A stretch of DNA of 64,000 nt from Lama glama (taxonomy: Eukaryota), in contig CM052816.1 in the NCBI GenBank assembly GCA_028534125.1, positions 36,706,001 to 36,770,000 of the forward strand, given 5' to 3'. Positions 39,048 to 52,019 of this stretch are shown piece after piece (positions within the stretch are counted from its first letter, which is position 1; each line of letters starts with the position of its first letter). The notes beneath the pieces are model-generated. The model was not told the origin of the DNA. It saw nothing but the letters and a program-made list of their open reading frames with translations, and made no database searches. The position numbers and the translations under genes are program-made.

Positions 39048-42000
39048 ATGACCTAGTTGGTTCAATGAGAAGCCATGATTTGTTTCTACAGTTTGTGGCC
39101 CCAAAGAGATGTACTTTAACCTGAAGTTTAGTCTTCAATTTGGGTTAGGTTAAAGAGGGAGGAAAGAAACAGAGGTACCGAGGGAGAGAGTGCCTATGAT
39201 TTATTAAGCAAGGTTTTGCATTTACTTTCATTTTCAAGCCATATCGCTCAACAACAACAAAACAAAGTCTAATGTTTACTTTCCACTCAAAGCTCTTGAA
39301 TTGCAAGTTTCTCACTGCAGACAATATTTGCTTCAGCTTTAGACATCTTGGTTTCATTGCCATGGAGCCATGGTCTTCTAGCAAAGACTAGAGAGCTTGC
39401 TTCCCCATTGCTGTAATAACATCCTCTTCTCATTATTACTCCTTCTCCCTTCAAAGGAGAGTGAACAACAAACAAGGCACCATTTAGACAGTTTGTTTTG
39501 ATGCTGTCTTTACCTCAGCTTCTAAGAATGAATTCTTCTCCTGTTCATTAACAGGTGTCATTGGGATATCCTTCCTCCTAGCTCCCTACTACTAGGGCAA
39601 GAGCATGCACTACCAGATCCCAACGAGTCATCTTATATTTTCTATCACAGCCCAAGAGCCCTCAACCTTCCTGTTTTAAGAAGCCATTTCTATGAACATC
39701 ACATTCTCATTGCCAAACTGCCCAGAACTGTGAAAGGTCTGTGATCATATACTACTTGCAAGCTAACAAGTGAGCTTGTCATGGTTTTGTGGATGCTGAC
39801 TAATACTGCTAGACAGAAAGGACTTTATTTCTCACATCACAGTAAGCATTGTGAGAATTAATGCATTTTGAGCCAGTTCCTCTTACGCCTAAGTTTCATG
39901 GGGTGATGTAAATGGGCTTAGAGTGATGCCTGCATGTGTGTATTTGTCCAAGTCATTAGACTGTCATGATAGTTTCATAGCAGATGTCCATCTTTTCTAG
40001 AGTGAAAAACAGTAACTTTATTAAGACCACTTATACCATATTAATCCACAGGGAGATATGGTTTTTGATTTTATAATGTTTATGTGATATAATATATAAA
40101 TACAAACACAAATACTAGAGCTTTTAAATGTATAGTCTGTATGGGTTTTGCTGCATGAAATTTAGATTATAAATAAAAAACAATTTAATAGAAGTGAAAA
40201 AACAAACAAAAGGCACATGTTTGATAATATACCAATATGCTAACTCAATGCCTCGTTCCCAAATAATGGTATTTGTATCCTGAATAAAAATATAAAATTG
40301 ACTGAAACTCAGCTATAATGCTATTTATTTAGCAGGTACTGATTTTGGTAGTAGAGCACATATTTCTTAAAAACAAATTTCTCAGTGAAAGTGGATTAAG
40401 TAGGAAAACTTGCATTTAGTGTTTACTTACTGGATATATGTAAAAAGAGGCTGCTTAACACTTGAACTCTTAAGAGCGAATGCTTGGATCAGGTAAGATT
40501 GGACTTAAAGTATATATGTGCATACAGCGAACTCTTTCTTGATTTTATGATTCTATCAGGAACCTCTAATGTTTATTTTATTGGTAAGGTGCTAGCTAAA
40601 ACTCCAGTGACATCTGATTTTGAAAACTACCCCACCTAGTTGTTACTCTAGAACACATGGGACTCCAATAATATGGGGGATATCCTTCCTAAACTTATAA
40701 GAAATTAAATTTAAAGAAAATGATAAAATTGTAATACATAATCAGAGGAAACATATACTTAATATACTAGTAATTAATTTTTTTTGAAATTTAATAGATT
40801 AGCATGAAACTCAGAGACCTATTTTTTTAATCAGACTAAAGTATTCCTACAGAGAATTCCTCTTGGTGTTTTCCCTCAAATTTCTTCTCAGTTTTGCATT
40901 TATCCCTCCTCTTCCCAATAGTGGATATATGTTAATATTAGATATGATATTATAACTTTTATTGTTAATATGTAGACTACTTTCTCCTTTTATTTAAGGG
41001 TATGCATATTTTCAGTATTGACCTAAATGTTGCACACTTAGAGATGGCGTTTGTAAAGTGTGTATGCATACATGTGCACACCCACACTGGTGTTTCTTTT
41101 GGCAGCATTGTGAACACTAGATATACTAGAAATAATATGGATTAACGGCAACAACATTATTGTACCATCAGTACTCTTCCTTCAGTTTTCAGAAAATGTA
41201 TTTCTCAAAATTCATTCTTTTAGGCATAGGATCTTTTTTATTTTTATTTTAGTCAAAAAATTATATCTTGCTTTAGTATAATATTATTTTCTAAGGCAAT
41301 AAATGTTGCATAGTTCTTCAGTTTTTGTTGTTGTATTTTTCTTTTTGCTCTTTCTTTGAAATGGTAAAGCGTAACTTTGTATATCTTATGTGGATTTAAT
41401 TTCTTGGTTTTATAAAATAATGTAATTTTTTAAGATGCCAAACAAATTTCATAAGCTTTGATCACATAGATCATTCAGAAAACAGTAGACCTTCACCAGA
41501 AGTACCCTACACTGGTACCCATTTTTTACCCCTAGAGACTTTTTTCCATTGCTATGTGAGTATTATTGTTAAATGAACAACCTTTCTTACAAATTTCTCA
41601 CTCCAATGGTATAAACTAGGCAGTGAGTTAAAATGTAGGTCACAATGTTGGTGCTATGAATATTTATATATTTTGACATTTAGGAAGAATATGCCTTTCT
41701 GTACTGTAACCTCAAGCAGTGTTTTAGTTGATATATTTCTAAAAATGGAACAATTCATTTATACTATGTTACTTTGGACTTAAGGGACATATAACCTACC
41801 TTTCATAGGCATAAAGTTCAGTTGTCTTATTTCTACTGAATGAATTATGTTTAGAAGCTGTGCAGTCACATAATGCTTTAATGCTTTCTGTTTCTACATT
41901 TATGTATCCCTAGGTAGCCACATTCACACAACTGGCAGGGATATCAAGAAGTTGCAGGATCTACATGTAGAATGTCATCTTAAATACATGAAATAGCTCT

Positions 42001-42409
42001 TTCTTTGTTAGGCTCTCCAGAAACTGAGAATCTCCAGATTATTTTGGAAATTTGCTTAGGCTTCACCAAATATAGTATCAAAAAATTCTTCTGATCTTGT
42101 GTAAATCTTCCATCTGTAGTTTAACTTTTTCTTGTTTCACTTGAGGAAAATGGGGTTCTTTTTACTTTCTTATAACTGAATCAAGAAAGAACAACAGCAG
42201 TAATATGACCCATAGGTCTTCTCTTCATTTCTGATGAATTAAGCTATCCTAAGTCCTTTTTCTATTCTTTCATTCATAGAATCTAAAACTTGATCAGCAT
42301 CAGGAATATTCCAAGAAAAATATGTGAGTAACATAATTATTTTAAAGGCTTGCAGACATTGCTGTAAAGTTTGTGGATTTTGAATTTAATCAGTGAATAT
42401 TCATGGTTT

Positions 42410-44600
42410 CTAGTTCTTTAAAGTTCAAAGCTGTATTGTCAGGGCTTTAAGTCATCCATCTGAAGTACATAGGTAATGAATTTTGACAAATCAATATGCC
42501 CATGTAACCAACACTGAATCAAGATATCAAAAATTACTATTATCACAGAAGTTCCCTCATACCACTTTTCTGTCAATCCTTACCCACATTAATCAACCAC
42601 TGTTTTGATTTTGAATACCATAGATTAGTTTACCTGGTTTTGAAGTTCATATAAATGAAATCATACAGTATTTCATTTTTTTTACTGTACATACTGTTTT
42701 AGAGACATCTATGTTGTTGTGTATATTACCAATTCATTTCTTTTTTTTTTGTTGAATGGCATGCCATGTGTGAATATACTAGTTAATCCATTTTCCTATT
42801 GAAAGACATTGTGGTTCTTTAAAGTTACTGGCTATTATAAATAAAACTGCTATAAATATTTTGAAAAATCTTTTTGCTTACATATGCTTTAATTTCTCAT
42901 GGGAAAATACCAGGAGTGAAGTTACTGGGTCACAGAGAGGATATATGTTTAACTTTATAAGGAATCACCAAACAATTTTACCAAGGTGGTTACATTGTTT
43001 TAAATTATCATCAACAATGAATTAAAGTTCTAACTTACCCATATCCTTACCAATATTTGATGTCAGTTTTTGTGATTTTAGACATTCTAGTGGGTAAAAA
43101 GTAGTATATATTATGGGTTCACTTTTCATTAACCTAATGAATAATTTGGAATATATTTTATGTGCAGAGTCTGTTCAACTATTTTGCCCATTATTTAATG
43201 GGTTCTTCATCTTTTTTACTATTGAATTATAGAAATTATCTATATATTCTGGGTATGCATTCTTTATTGGATATAATACTGATAATATTTTCTTCCAGTA
43301 TGACTTGCCTATTTATTCACTTTATGATATTTCTGAGGAGCAAAACTTTGTAATTGTGTTGAAATTTAATTCATAATTTCTTTTTTTCAGTTAGTATGTT
43401 TATTAGATATAAAATAAAGATCTGCCCACACTGAGATAATTTTCTCTTCAATTTCAAACTCTCTTTGTGTATTCAGTTATCTTTATACTCTGTATACATT
43501 TTAGAATCAACTTATTAATTTCAACCTCAAAATCTCTTTCTGGAATTCTGATTAAGACTAAGGTAAATCTATAGACCTACTTGTAGACTATTGACGTTTT
43601 ATAATACTGAGTACATCTACTTAAAACCATTAATCTCCATAGCAAGATTTGTTTGTTTTCAGAAGGTTTTGTAATCCTTCATTGGATTTATTCCTAATAT
43701 TTTTTGACAGTAGTGTAAAGGAGTTTGTTAAACATTTATTATTAATTTTTAAACCTTTGCAAATTTTTAAAATGCAATAGTTTTTTTTTCTGATCTTATG
43801 CCCTGAATATTGCTGAATTCACATTTTTAAAAATTTGCATGTTTCATAGAATTTTGAAGGTGAACAGTAATGGCATCTTCCAGTAATGGCAGTCATACTT
43901 TGTCATTTCTGATATTTTTTGCCTATATATATGTATAGATATATATAATATGCTTTTTAAAATTGAAGTATAGTTGATTTCCAATATTGTGTTTATTTCT
44001 AATATACAGCCTACTGATTTAGTTATACATATATTTATACACATATATATATTCCTTTCCATATTCTTTTTCATTATAGGCTATTATAAGGTATTGAATA
44101 TAACTCCCTGTGCTATACAGTAGGACTTTGCTGTTTATCTATTTTATATATAGTAGTTAGTATCTGCAACCAAACTCCCAATTTATCCCTCCACCCTGTC
44201 TTTCCCCTCTGGTAACCACAAGTTTGTTTTCCATGTCTGTGAGTCTGTTTCTGGTTTGTAAATAAGTTCATTTGTCTCTTTTTTAGGTTCCGTATGTAAG
44301 TGATATCATACGGTATTTTTCTTTCTCTTTCTGTCTTACTTTACTTAGTATGACAATTACAATTTATTTTTCTTACTATATTAAGTTAATTGGAATTCTA
44401 ATACAATGTTGAGAACTATTAAAAGTGAGCGTATTTGCCTTTTTGTAATCTGAGGCAAAGTGCTGAGTTTTTCACCACTAAGAATAATGTCAGCTATAAA
44501 TTTTTCTTAATGAGCTTTTACAGATTGAGGAAATACTATTCTATTCTTAGATTTTTGAGAGTTTTTTTTTTAATCATGAATGGGTGTTGATTTTGAATTT
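42410..44600 (-). mobile_element. Old L1 (3' UTR into ORF2), interrupted by a younger L1
   Basis: 'cccatgtaaccaacactgaatcaagata', 'aataccaggagtgaagttactgggtca', 'ttttcaccactaagaataatgtcagct', 'taatcatgaatgggtgttga'. Confidence 0.85.
43954..44358 (-). mobile_element. Young lineage-specific L1 3' end
   Basis: 'ttgaagtatagttgattt...ttgaatataactccctgtgctatacagtagga...gtaagtgatatcatacggtattt'. Confidence 0.92.
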
Positions 44601-45189
44601 CTTATTTATTACATGATTGATTGCATAGTCTGCCCAATATTATAAAAAGGGAACCTATATAACCACCTTAAGCCTAAAACTCAGTTTCCTTGGATATAAT
44701 TATTAATTATGACTAATATTCTGACAAGCTTCTTGTTCACATTTTAATCTATTTTCTGTTCTAATGGTAAAGATCTCTTTGATTCACAATAGGAGAGTGA
44801 ATAGTTGGAGGCCTGAGGAATAACAATAGCATTTAAAGATAAATATCAGTAGTGGACTCCCAAAACTTATTTTTTTAGGAAAGGTGTTGTTTTTATACAT
44901 GACTTTTAGTTTCTAAGACAATATTTTAATATAGTTTTCTAATTAAAATATTAATTAAATTCTATGTGAAAACTTTAATTATTCCATTCACAAAATAGAA
45001 ACTCAAAGTGTTTTTCTTGTCATGTCACAATCACCTTTGACTAATGTGTTATTTTTGCTCTATCTAAAGTATTACATTTTGCAGTACAATCATTAAAGTG
45101 GTAAGAAGTATTATTTTAAAAGGATACTATAGCCCATTTACTGTGTATTGCTAAAGACCTACATACCATTCATAAAATCATCAAAACAT

Positions 45190-46300
45190 TTATGAGAGAA
45201 AACATTTGCGAATTATGTATCTATAAGGGGTTAATATTAGAATACATAAAGAACTCATACAACTCAATAGCAAAAGAACAAAAAATTTGGTTAAAAAATG
45301 GTCAGAGGAGCTGAATGGACATATTTACATATGAATAATCAACAGGTACACATGTAAGTGTGTTTAACATCACTAAGCATTAGGGAAATGCCAATCAAAA
45401 CCATAATGAGATATGACCTCACACCTGTTAGAATGACTATCATCAAAATGGTGAGAGATATGAAACATTAGTAAGGATGTGGAGAATAGGGAACCTTTGT
45501 GCACTGTTGGTAAGAATGTAAATTGATGTAGCCACCATGGAAAACAATATGGAGTTTCCTCAAAAACTAAAAATAGAACTATCATATGATCCAATGATCT
45601 CACTTCTGGGAATATATCAAAAGGAAATGAAACCACTATCTCAAAGAGATATCTGCACCCCCTATGTTTATTGCAACATTATTTACAAGACATAAGACAT
45701 TTAAGCAAACTAAATGTTCATGAATGGATGAATGGATAAAGAAAATATGAGATATATATATGAATATATATATGTGTATGTGTACAGTAGAATATTTTCA
45801 ACCATAAAAAGAAGGAAATCTTGCCATTTGTGACAATGTGGATGGACCCTGAGAACATTATGCTAAATGAAATGTCAGACATATTACTATACGCTATCAC
45901 TTATCTGTGGAATCTTAAAAAAAAAAAGGAAAACAACAACAAACTCTTAGAAAGAGAGAACAGGTTGATCATTGCCATAAATGGGAGTTAAGGGGTGGGG
46001 AAATGGGCGGGGGTGGTCAAAAGGTACAAACTTCCAGTTATAAGATAAGTAAGGCCTGTGGATGTAATGCACAGCAGGGTGACCATAGTTAACAACACTT
46101 TATTGTATATTTGAAACTTGCTAAGGGAGTGATCTTAAAAATGTTCTCTTGGCAAGAAAAAACTGTAACTCTGTGAAGTGATGATGTTAACTAAACTTGT
46201 GCTAATCATTTCACAATGCATACATATATTAAATTATTTTTGTACACTTTAAATGAGTACAATATTACATGTCAATTATATCTCAGTAAAACTAGAAAAC
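45190..46300 (+). mobile_element. L1 3' region (L1MA9-like)
   Basis: 'catcactaagcattagggaaatgccaatcaaaaccataatgagata', 'aatagaactatcatatgatcca', ending 'tgtcaattatatctcagtaaaact'. Confidence 0.92.
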
Positions 46301-46534
46301 ACTGAAAATTCTCACACCACTTATGGAGTATTTTTAAAAAGAAAACATTTTACAATTTTTTTAATCTATTGAATTTCCATAATTTTAATTGAAATAGTGG
46401 TTATTTTTTAAGAAATTTATTCTTTAAAAAATTCATGTACTTGTCTGTATACTTTTCGATTATGTTGTGCACTGGAAACATCTTAAAACAAAGTAATTAG
46501 CCTTAGAACAAAGTAGTTAGCTATGATTTAAAGC

Positions 46535-46700
46535 TCTGTCTTGACTGTGGTAGTGGTTTCATTGGTGGTATACATCTATCAAAATTCATTAAATTGTACA
46601 TTTGAAATATGTGTACTTTACTATACAGGAACCATACCACAATAAAGGTGTTTAAAAATTAAAAAATAAATATGCACATATCATATGACCCAGCAAAACA
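46535..46700 (+). mobile_element. Old L1 3'-terminal fragment
   Basis: 'ttgactgtggtagtggttt...tcaaaattcattaaattgtacatttgaaatatgtg...caataaag'. Confidence 0.65.
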
Positions 46701-49700
46701 AAAGGTCTATCATGCATATGATGTTCATCTTGTATAATCAGCCATAGCTTTATTAAAAAAAATAATAACGTATACAACTGTTGCAGGTGTTTGGTAAAAG
46801 CAAACAGCCAGATCTTAGAATGAAGTAAATCACTGAATCATTTTATATATATGCTTTTTCTTTTTCTTTTCTTATACTTTGGGCCTGAGACTGTCTTCCC
46901 TTGCCAATATGTTCAGATATGTTGTGATGTGGCAGGCAGCTATCCTGTCTCCTGTGTTCCATCTGAATTGAAATAAGTGGTACTTAGGTACCCAGTGGCT
47001 CATCAACTCCCATATATCTTGGTTGTTAGCTTGCAATGTAGAATTCTTAAATGACAGTCACTTTAGATAAACATCACTTACCTGATCTAGTGACTCCATT
47101 GCAGTCACAATTTCAGTCACAACTAAAGCAATTTATTGTTGTTGCCATATGCTGAAGCTGTTTAATGTTTGTCACTCATAGATCCTAGCCCACTCCATGG
47201 AACTGCAGAAACTGTTTCATGATAATAGGTAGTTCTTTGCAGATAATGTGTGTGTTAAACCCTTTCTGGTTAATTCATTAATAACCTTACATATTTGAAA
47301 TGTTTCAGCACTGCTTTGATTTTACTATAAAAAAGAAAATCTACTCAGTAATATAAGAGGATAGTGAGGTTGCAAGGCAAAAGAGCAAAACTATTTATTT
47401 CAAATTTTTTCTTATAAATTTTTTATGCTGTGATTTCAGACTCTCAAAATTGTTAATATTGTTGAAAATTTCATTTGTGATCTCATTATTTGATGTCTTA
47501 GAACTGTCTTTACTAAAGTGTACCCAAGAAACATCTAGTTATCATCTGAGAAGTACATAAACTTTGAAAGTATAAACAGACCATATAAAAGGTTTGAATA
47601 ATTCTTTAACATTTTTTATTTGGAAATTAATTATCTGTCTATGCCCTACTAGTTCAAGTTCCTACTTCATTTCTTAAGTAATTGCTTTCCTCTCAAAGAA
47701 GGACCACATCATAAAAGTTAGGGTAGTATAAATTTATCAAAATATCTCAGTTATTGAGTCTGGCATAATTTCTTAAGAAAATTTAGAGTGATACTGAGTT
47801 TGCATATCTCATGGCCTAATCTAAAATTTTACTCTGAGATGCTGAATAGGAAGTAAAAATGAATTGAACTGATAAAATGTAAGAATCACTGTATGCAACT
47901 AAAGCCCAAACCTGTGGAGGAGAGTATTTGTAATATGCAAAACAATATTTGGGAAATCTCTGCAAAGGATGTACAAAAAAAATCCATACATAGTTTTCCC
48001 TCATTTTATGTATATATGGAAATACCTGATATAAGTGAGAGCTTTTAAGTTGCATAACAGAAGTGATTAAAATATGTATTAAACCATGTTTGTAATAAGT
48101 TACTTTAAAATATGAATAATCACTCTTAAGAAACTAGCCTTATTTATTTATGGTGTTAGTTAATTATTTTACATTTAAAATATACAGATATTTTTATTTG
48201 ATGTACTACAAGATCAGTTTGAATGTACTGAATGGTTATGTTTTAATTCCACAATAGAGAAGAGACCATTAATTTAGACATGGGAAAAATTTCATTTAGC
48301 AGAATAAAAAGTTAAAATCCAAGTGATTTTTTAACTTGTGAAGAATGAATTAATTGGGAAATTTGAATGAATTTTTGTGGAGTCAGGAAGACAACCATTC
48401 CCCCAAATAAAAAAATTAGGAAGTACTCCATGCCTGATGGTCTCTTTTTCCAAATGATTTTTTTGTTGTCTGCTAATTGATCATTTTCCATGAGTTCTTA
48501 CTCCTCCAAAAGTCATGCATGATGTGACCTTGTTAACAAGGTACTATTACGTTGTGATTGTTAATTGCTTAGAGTTCTGATCATAGTTATTTCTTTCGAG
48601 ATTTATATGAGTATCAATTCTAAGTTGTGTCGTTAGAAGGTGAAAAAAGTTAAATGCAACTTTAACATACAATTTTGCAACCTTAACTTTGGTCATAAAT
48701 CAAACTAGGAATTTGACTGCTATCACATTTGTCCCTCTAGTCATCTATGTGCCATTTTTGCCCACTAGAATACATCTGCTTCCACCTGAGAATATCCAAA
48801 TTTATGTCTTCCTTGATTTTTTTTTTAAACCAACACTTGAGCTCTAAGAGACTGAAATACAAAACTCCATATGTTAACATCTGGGCATGTGAGTTTGTTA
48901 CGTGTCTGCTAAAATCTCTGAATTAGATTTCTTTTCTTGTAAGCACATGTAAAGCAATTTCCTGACATAGAAGCATTCAATTATAAATCTAAATAAAATC
49001 AAATACCTAAATAAAACCAAATTCTGAAGATTTAATTTAGCAGGATGTCCATCTTAATAAAAGAAGGATGTTTGGAGGTGAAAATTTGTTCCTCCTTTTT
49101 ATTTTTACGAAGATATTGTCATTTTCCATCTTTGAAGCCAATGTTCACTTTCAGCTTATACCAGAAGTTTAGATGATCATGAACATTTGACAATTTGTAA
49201 TTGAATGCTTGCAGGCTAAAGAGGTTCTGCTCTTTCATTTGATGGATTCTGTCATGCCAGAGTCTGGCAGTGCATTTTATTTGACCTTTCTCCTTAACTC
49301 CATTCATCTTAAACCCCTTGTCACATGAGTGACGGGCCATCATGATGTGATAGAACACAAAACTTCAAGAAGATGCATCACCTTGTCAGATAAATGCAGA
49401 TCAAAAAACCTTTTTTAAAAATGTTTAGTGAGTTGGAGGACAACTTAGGCTACATTAGGTTGTAATGTTGAAAAATAGAAGAATATACTTCAGAGAGCAA
49501 AGATTGCTGTTGGAATAAATTTAATAACACTTACAAATAAAAATAAGAATAATATGTATAATCTTTCCCATAAAATGGGGAAAATGACAAGACACAAATT
49601 TTCCTAAGAATGTTATTAGTGAAAGAAAACAATTTAACTAGGTGTGTGTGCATAGATGCACGCATGTGCACACACACACAAACACACACCCTAATTAAAT

Positions 49701-50584
49701 TTCGGGCATTTATTAAATTAAAAAAAACTCTGTTTATAGGGAGATACACAAAACTTAGTTCATTTGGGGCCCATGATACTGTTAAGATACCTCTGAAGAT
49801 GAGCAGTTTTATATTCCTTGAGCAGAAATCATCTATCTACTCACAGAACAGACCTCATTGAGGTGAAGAAAGGGGTAGATTTCCTCATCTTTTGTAGGTG
49901 ATTCATCTCACATCCAAGACTTTTTATTACAAAGTCCTGAAAGATTCTCTGCTTTGTGTGTTTATACCAATAGACAGAGGCCATTCATATTGTAAATCAA
50001 TGAACTAGTTTCTTATTTTGGCAGTATCAGCAGTGATTTAGTGGTGGAATATAAGCACAGAGTAAAGACATTGACCTGACACATTTTTATCCCTTCTCAT
50101 GTGAAGAAATTTTTTCTATCCATAGAGCAGAAAAATATGAGAAACAAAATAATCTAGCTAGAAATACTGTTACCCTGGAACAGAAATGGAGAGAGGTAGA
50201 AACCTGAGTCCTCTTTAACAAGATACTGGAATTTGGTAATATTGTTTAGCTATTATAAGAATGTACAACATCCATATGTAAACATATAGATACATATACA
50301 CACACACATGTTGGCATTAATATTTTCTTTGTTCATTCATGTTTTTAGTCATTCAAAGACATATGTTGTATATTATTAAATAATAATGCAACCAACAAAG
50401 GCAACAAAAATAGTCTCAATGTCTGCAAAATTTAACAAATATGAATTAAATATATACATTCATACTCTGGAACAACTAATTTATTTATATTTTTTTCTCT
50501 ATTATTATATGATCTATTTAACTTAGGTCATACATTTTGTCCAATTCTCTCTTCTTCATAAAATTATAAAATCACTGTTAATCC

Positions 50585-51347
50585 AAAGTAAATTAGTACA
50601 GCCATTATAGAAAGCAGTACGGAAGTTCCTCAAAAAATTAAACACAAAGCTACCTTATGTTTCAACAATTCCATTTCTGGATATTTAACCCAAGGAAATG
50701 AAATCACTATCTTGAAGAGATATCTGCATCCCATTTTTGTTACAGCATTACTCACAATAGCCAAAGCATGGAAACAATCTAAGTATCCTTGGATGAATGA
50801 ATAAAGAAAATGTGGTATATATATACCCAATGGAACATTTTCAGCCGTAAAAAAAGTAGGAAATCGTGTCATTTGTGATAACATTGATGAACCTGGAGGA
50901 CATTAGTGAATCAGGCACACAAAGACATGTATACTTTATGATCTCTCTTCTATGTGGAATCTAAAAAAGTCGAACATAAAATCGGAGTGTACAATGGTGG
51001 TTGCCAGGGTTTGGGGGATGAAAAAAATAGCAAGTTATTGATTACATGGGACAAATTTTCAGTTACCAGATGAATAAATTCTGGGGATCTAATGCATAGT
51101 ATGGTGATTATAGGTAATACTTAATTGTATACTTGAAATTTGGTAAGACAGTAGTAGATCTTAAGTTTTCTCACCACAAAAATAAATATAGCTATGTGAC
51201 ATGATGAATATAATAACTTGATTGTGGTAAGCATTTCACAATGCTTATGCATATTAAATCATCACATTATACCCCTTAATAATCACATTGTACAACCGAA
51301 ATATAAACCATTTTTATTTGCCAATTATACTTTAATAAATCTGGAAA
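50585..51347 (+). mobile_element. L1 3' end (L1MA8/9-like)
   Basis: 'gtaaattagtacagccattatagaaagcagtacggaagttcctcaaaaaattaaa' through 'ccaattatactttaataaatctggaaa'. Confidence 0.92.
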
Positions 51348-52019
51348 GAAATCCTAAGTGGAATAAAATAATGTTTTCTGACTCTTGATTGTTAGGACAC
51401 ATGTGCCCTGTTTTTATAGTTTTCCTTTCTTTTTCTATTACCTTTTCTTTTGAAAACACTGTTTCTTGGCATAAATGAATCCCAACAAGAAATGACATTT
51501 TTATCCAGTTATTGTAGGATATGTGTATCATCGACAAAATATTTTATATAATATCTTCTTACTCTTTCTATTGCCTTTCAAACTTAAGTAAAATCATGTA
51601 AACATTACACATATTTAACTGGCAGTAGTTTTTGCTATAAATTCTGAAAGCTAAGCTTTTCTACTTCAGTAAGTACTTACTTTCTATGAACATTATTTTT
51701 TACTACCAAAGTAGATTTGGAAGAGGATAAATTTTTAGATGAAAACTATTATCGGCGAGAATATACAGAAAAGATGAGATGCTAACCAGTAGTGAAGTAA
51801 AGAGATATAAGAAAATTAGTGTAAATTGAAAATATTATTTTTAAGGCTGGAATTTTGCATCAGTAAGATTCTTAAACACTACCCATGTTTGCAAAACTCA
51901 TCTTAACTCTGCGTCTTTCTGTGACTATCTCATGGCTCTGGCTCCTATTCATAGCCAGACTTCTTCAGAGAGTCACTACCTAATATTCCAGTAGTTCTGC
52001 TTTTTGTGTTTGTTGTTGT

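Larger units (their letters stand above)
35560..39940 (-). mobile_element. Decayed, internally deleted ERVL-class provirus (3' LTR 35560-35937; partial 5' LTR 39719-~39940)
   Basis: Two related LTRs in the same orientation; PPT aaggggtggg next to the 3' LTR; PBS-like TGGCAATGAGAATGTGAT at 39715-39698; pol remnants between the LTRs. Confidence 0.8.

Noticed and set aside
41880..42090. Two plus-strand acceptor-like sites followed by short open frames
   Set aside because: No convincing donor and no recognisable protein similarity.
47075..47125. Possible 41-nt minus-strand exon (VTEIVTAMESLDQ) with a strong CAG/GTAAGT donor
   Set aside because: The acceptor has a weak pyrimidine tract, there are no partner exons, and the peptide is unrecognised; such sites arise by chance in 64 kb.
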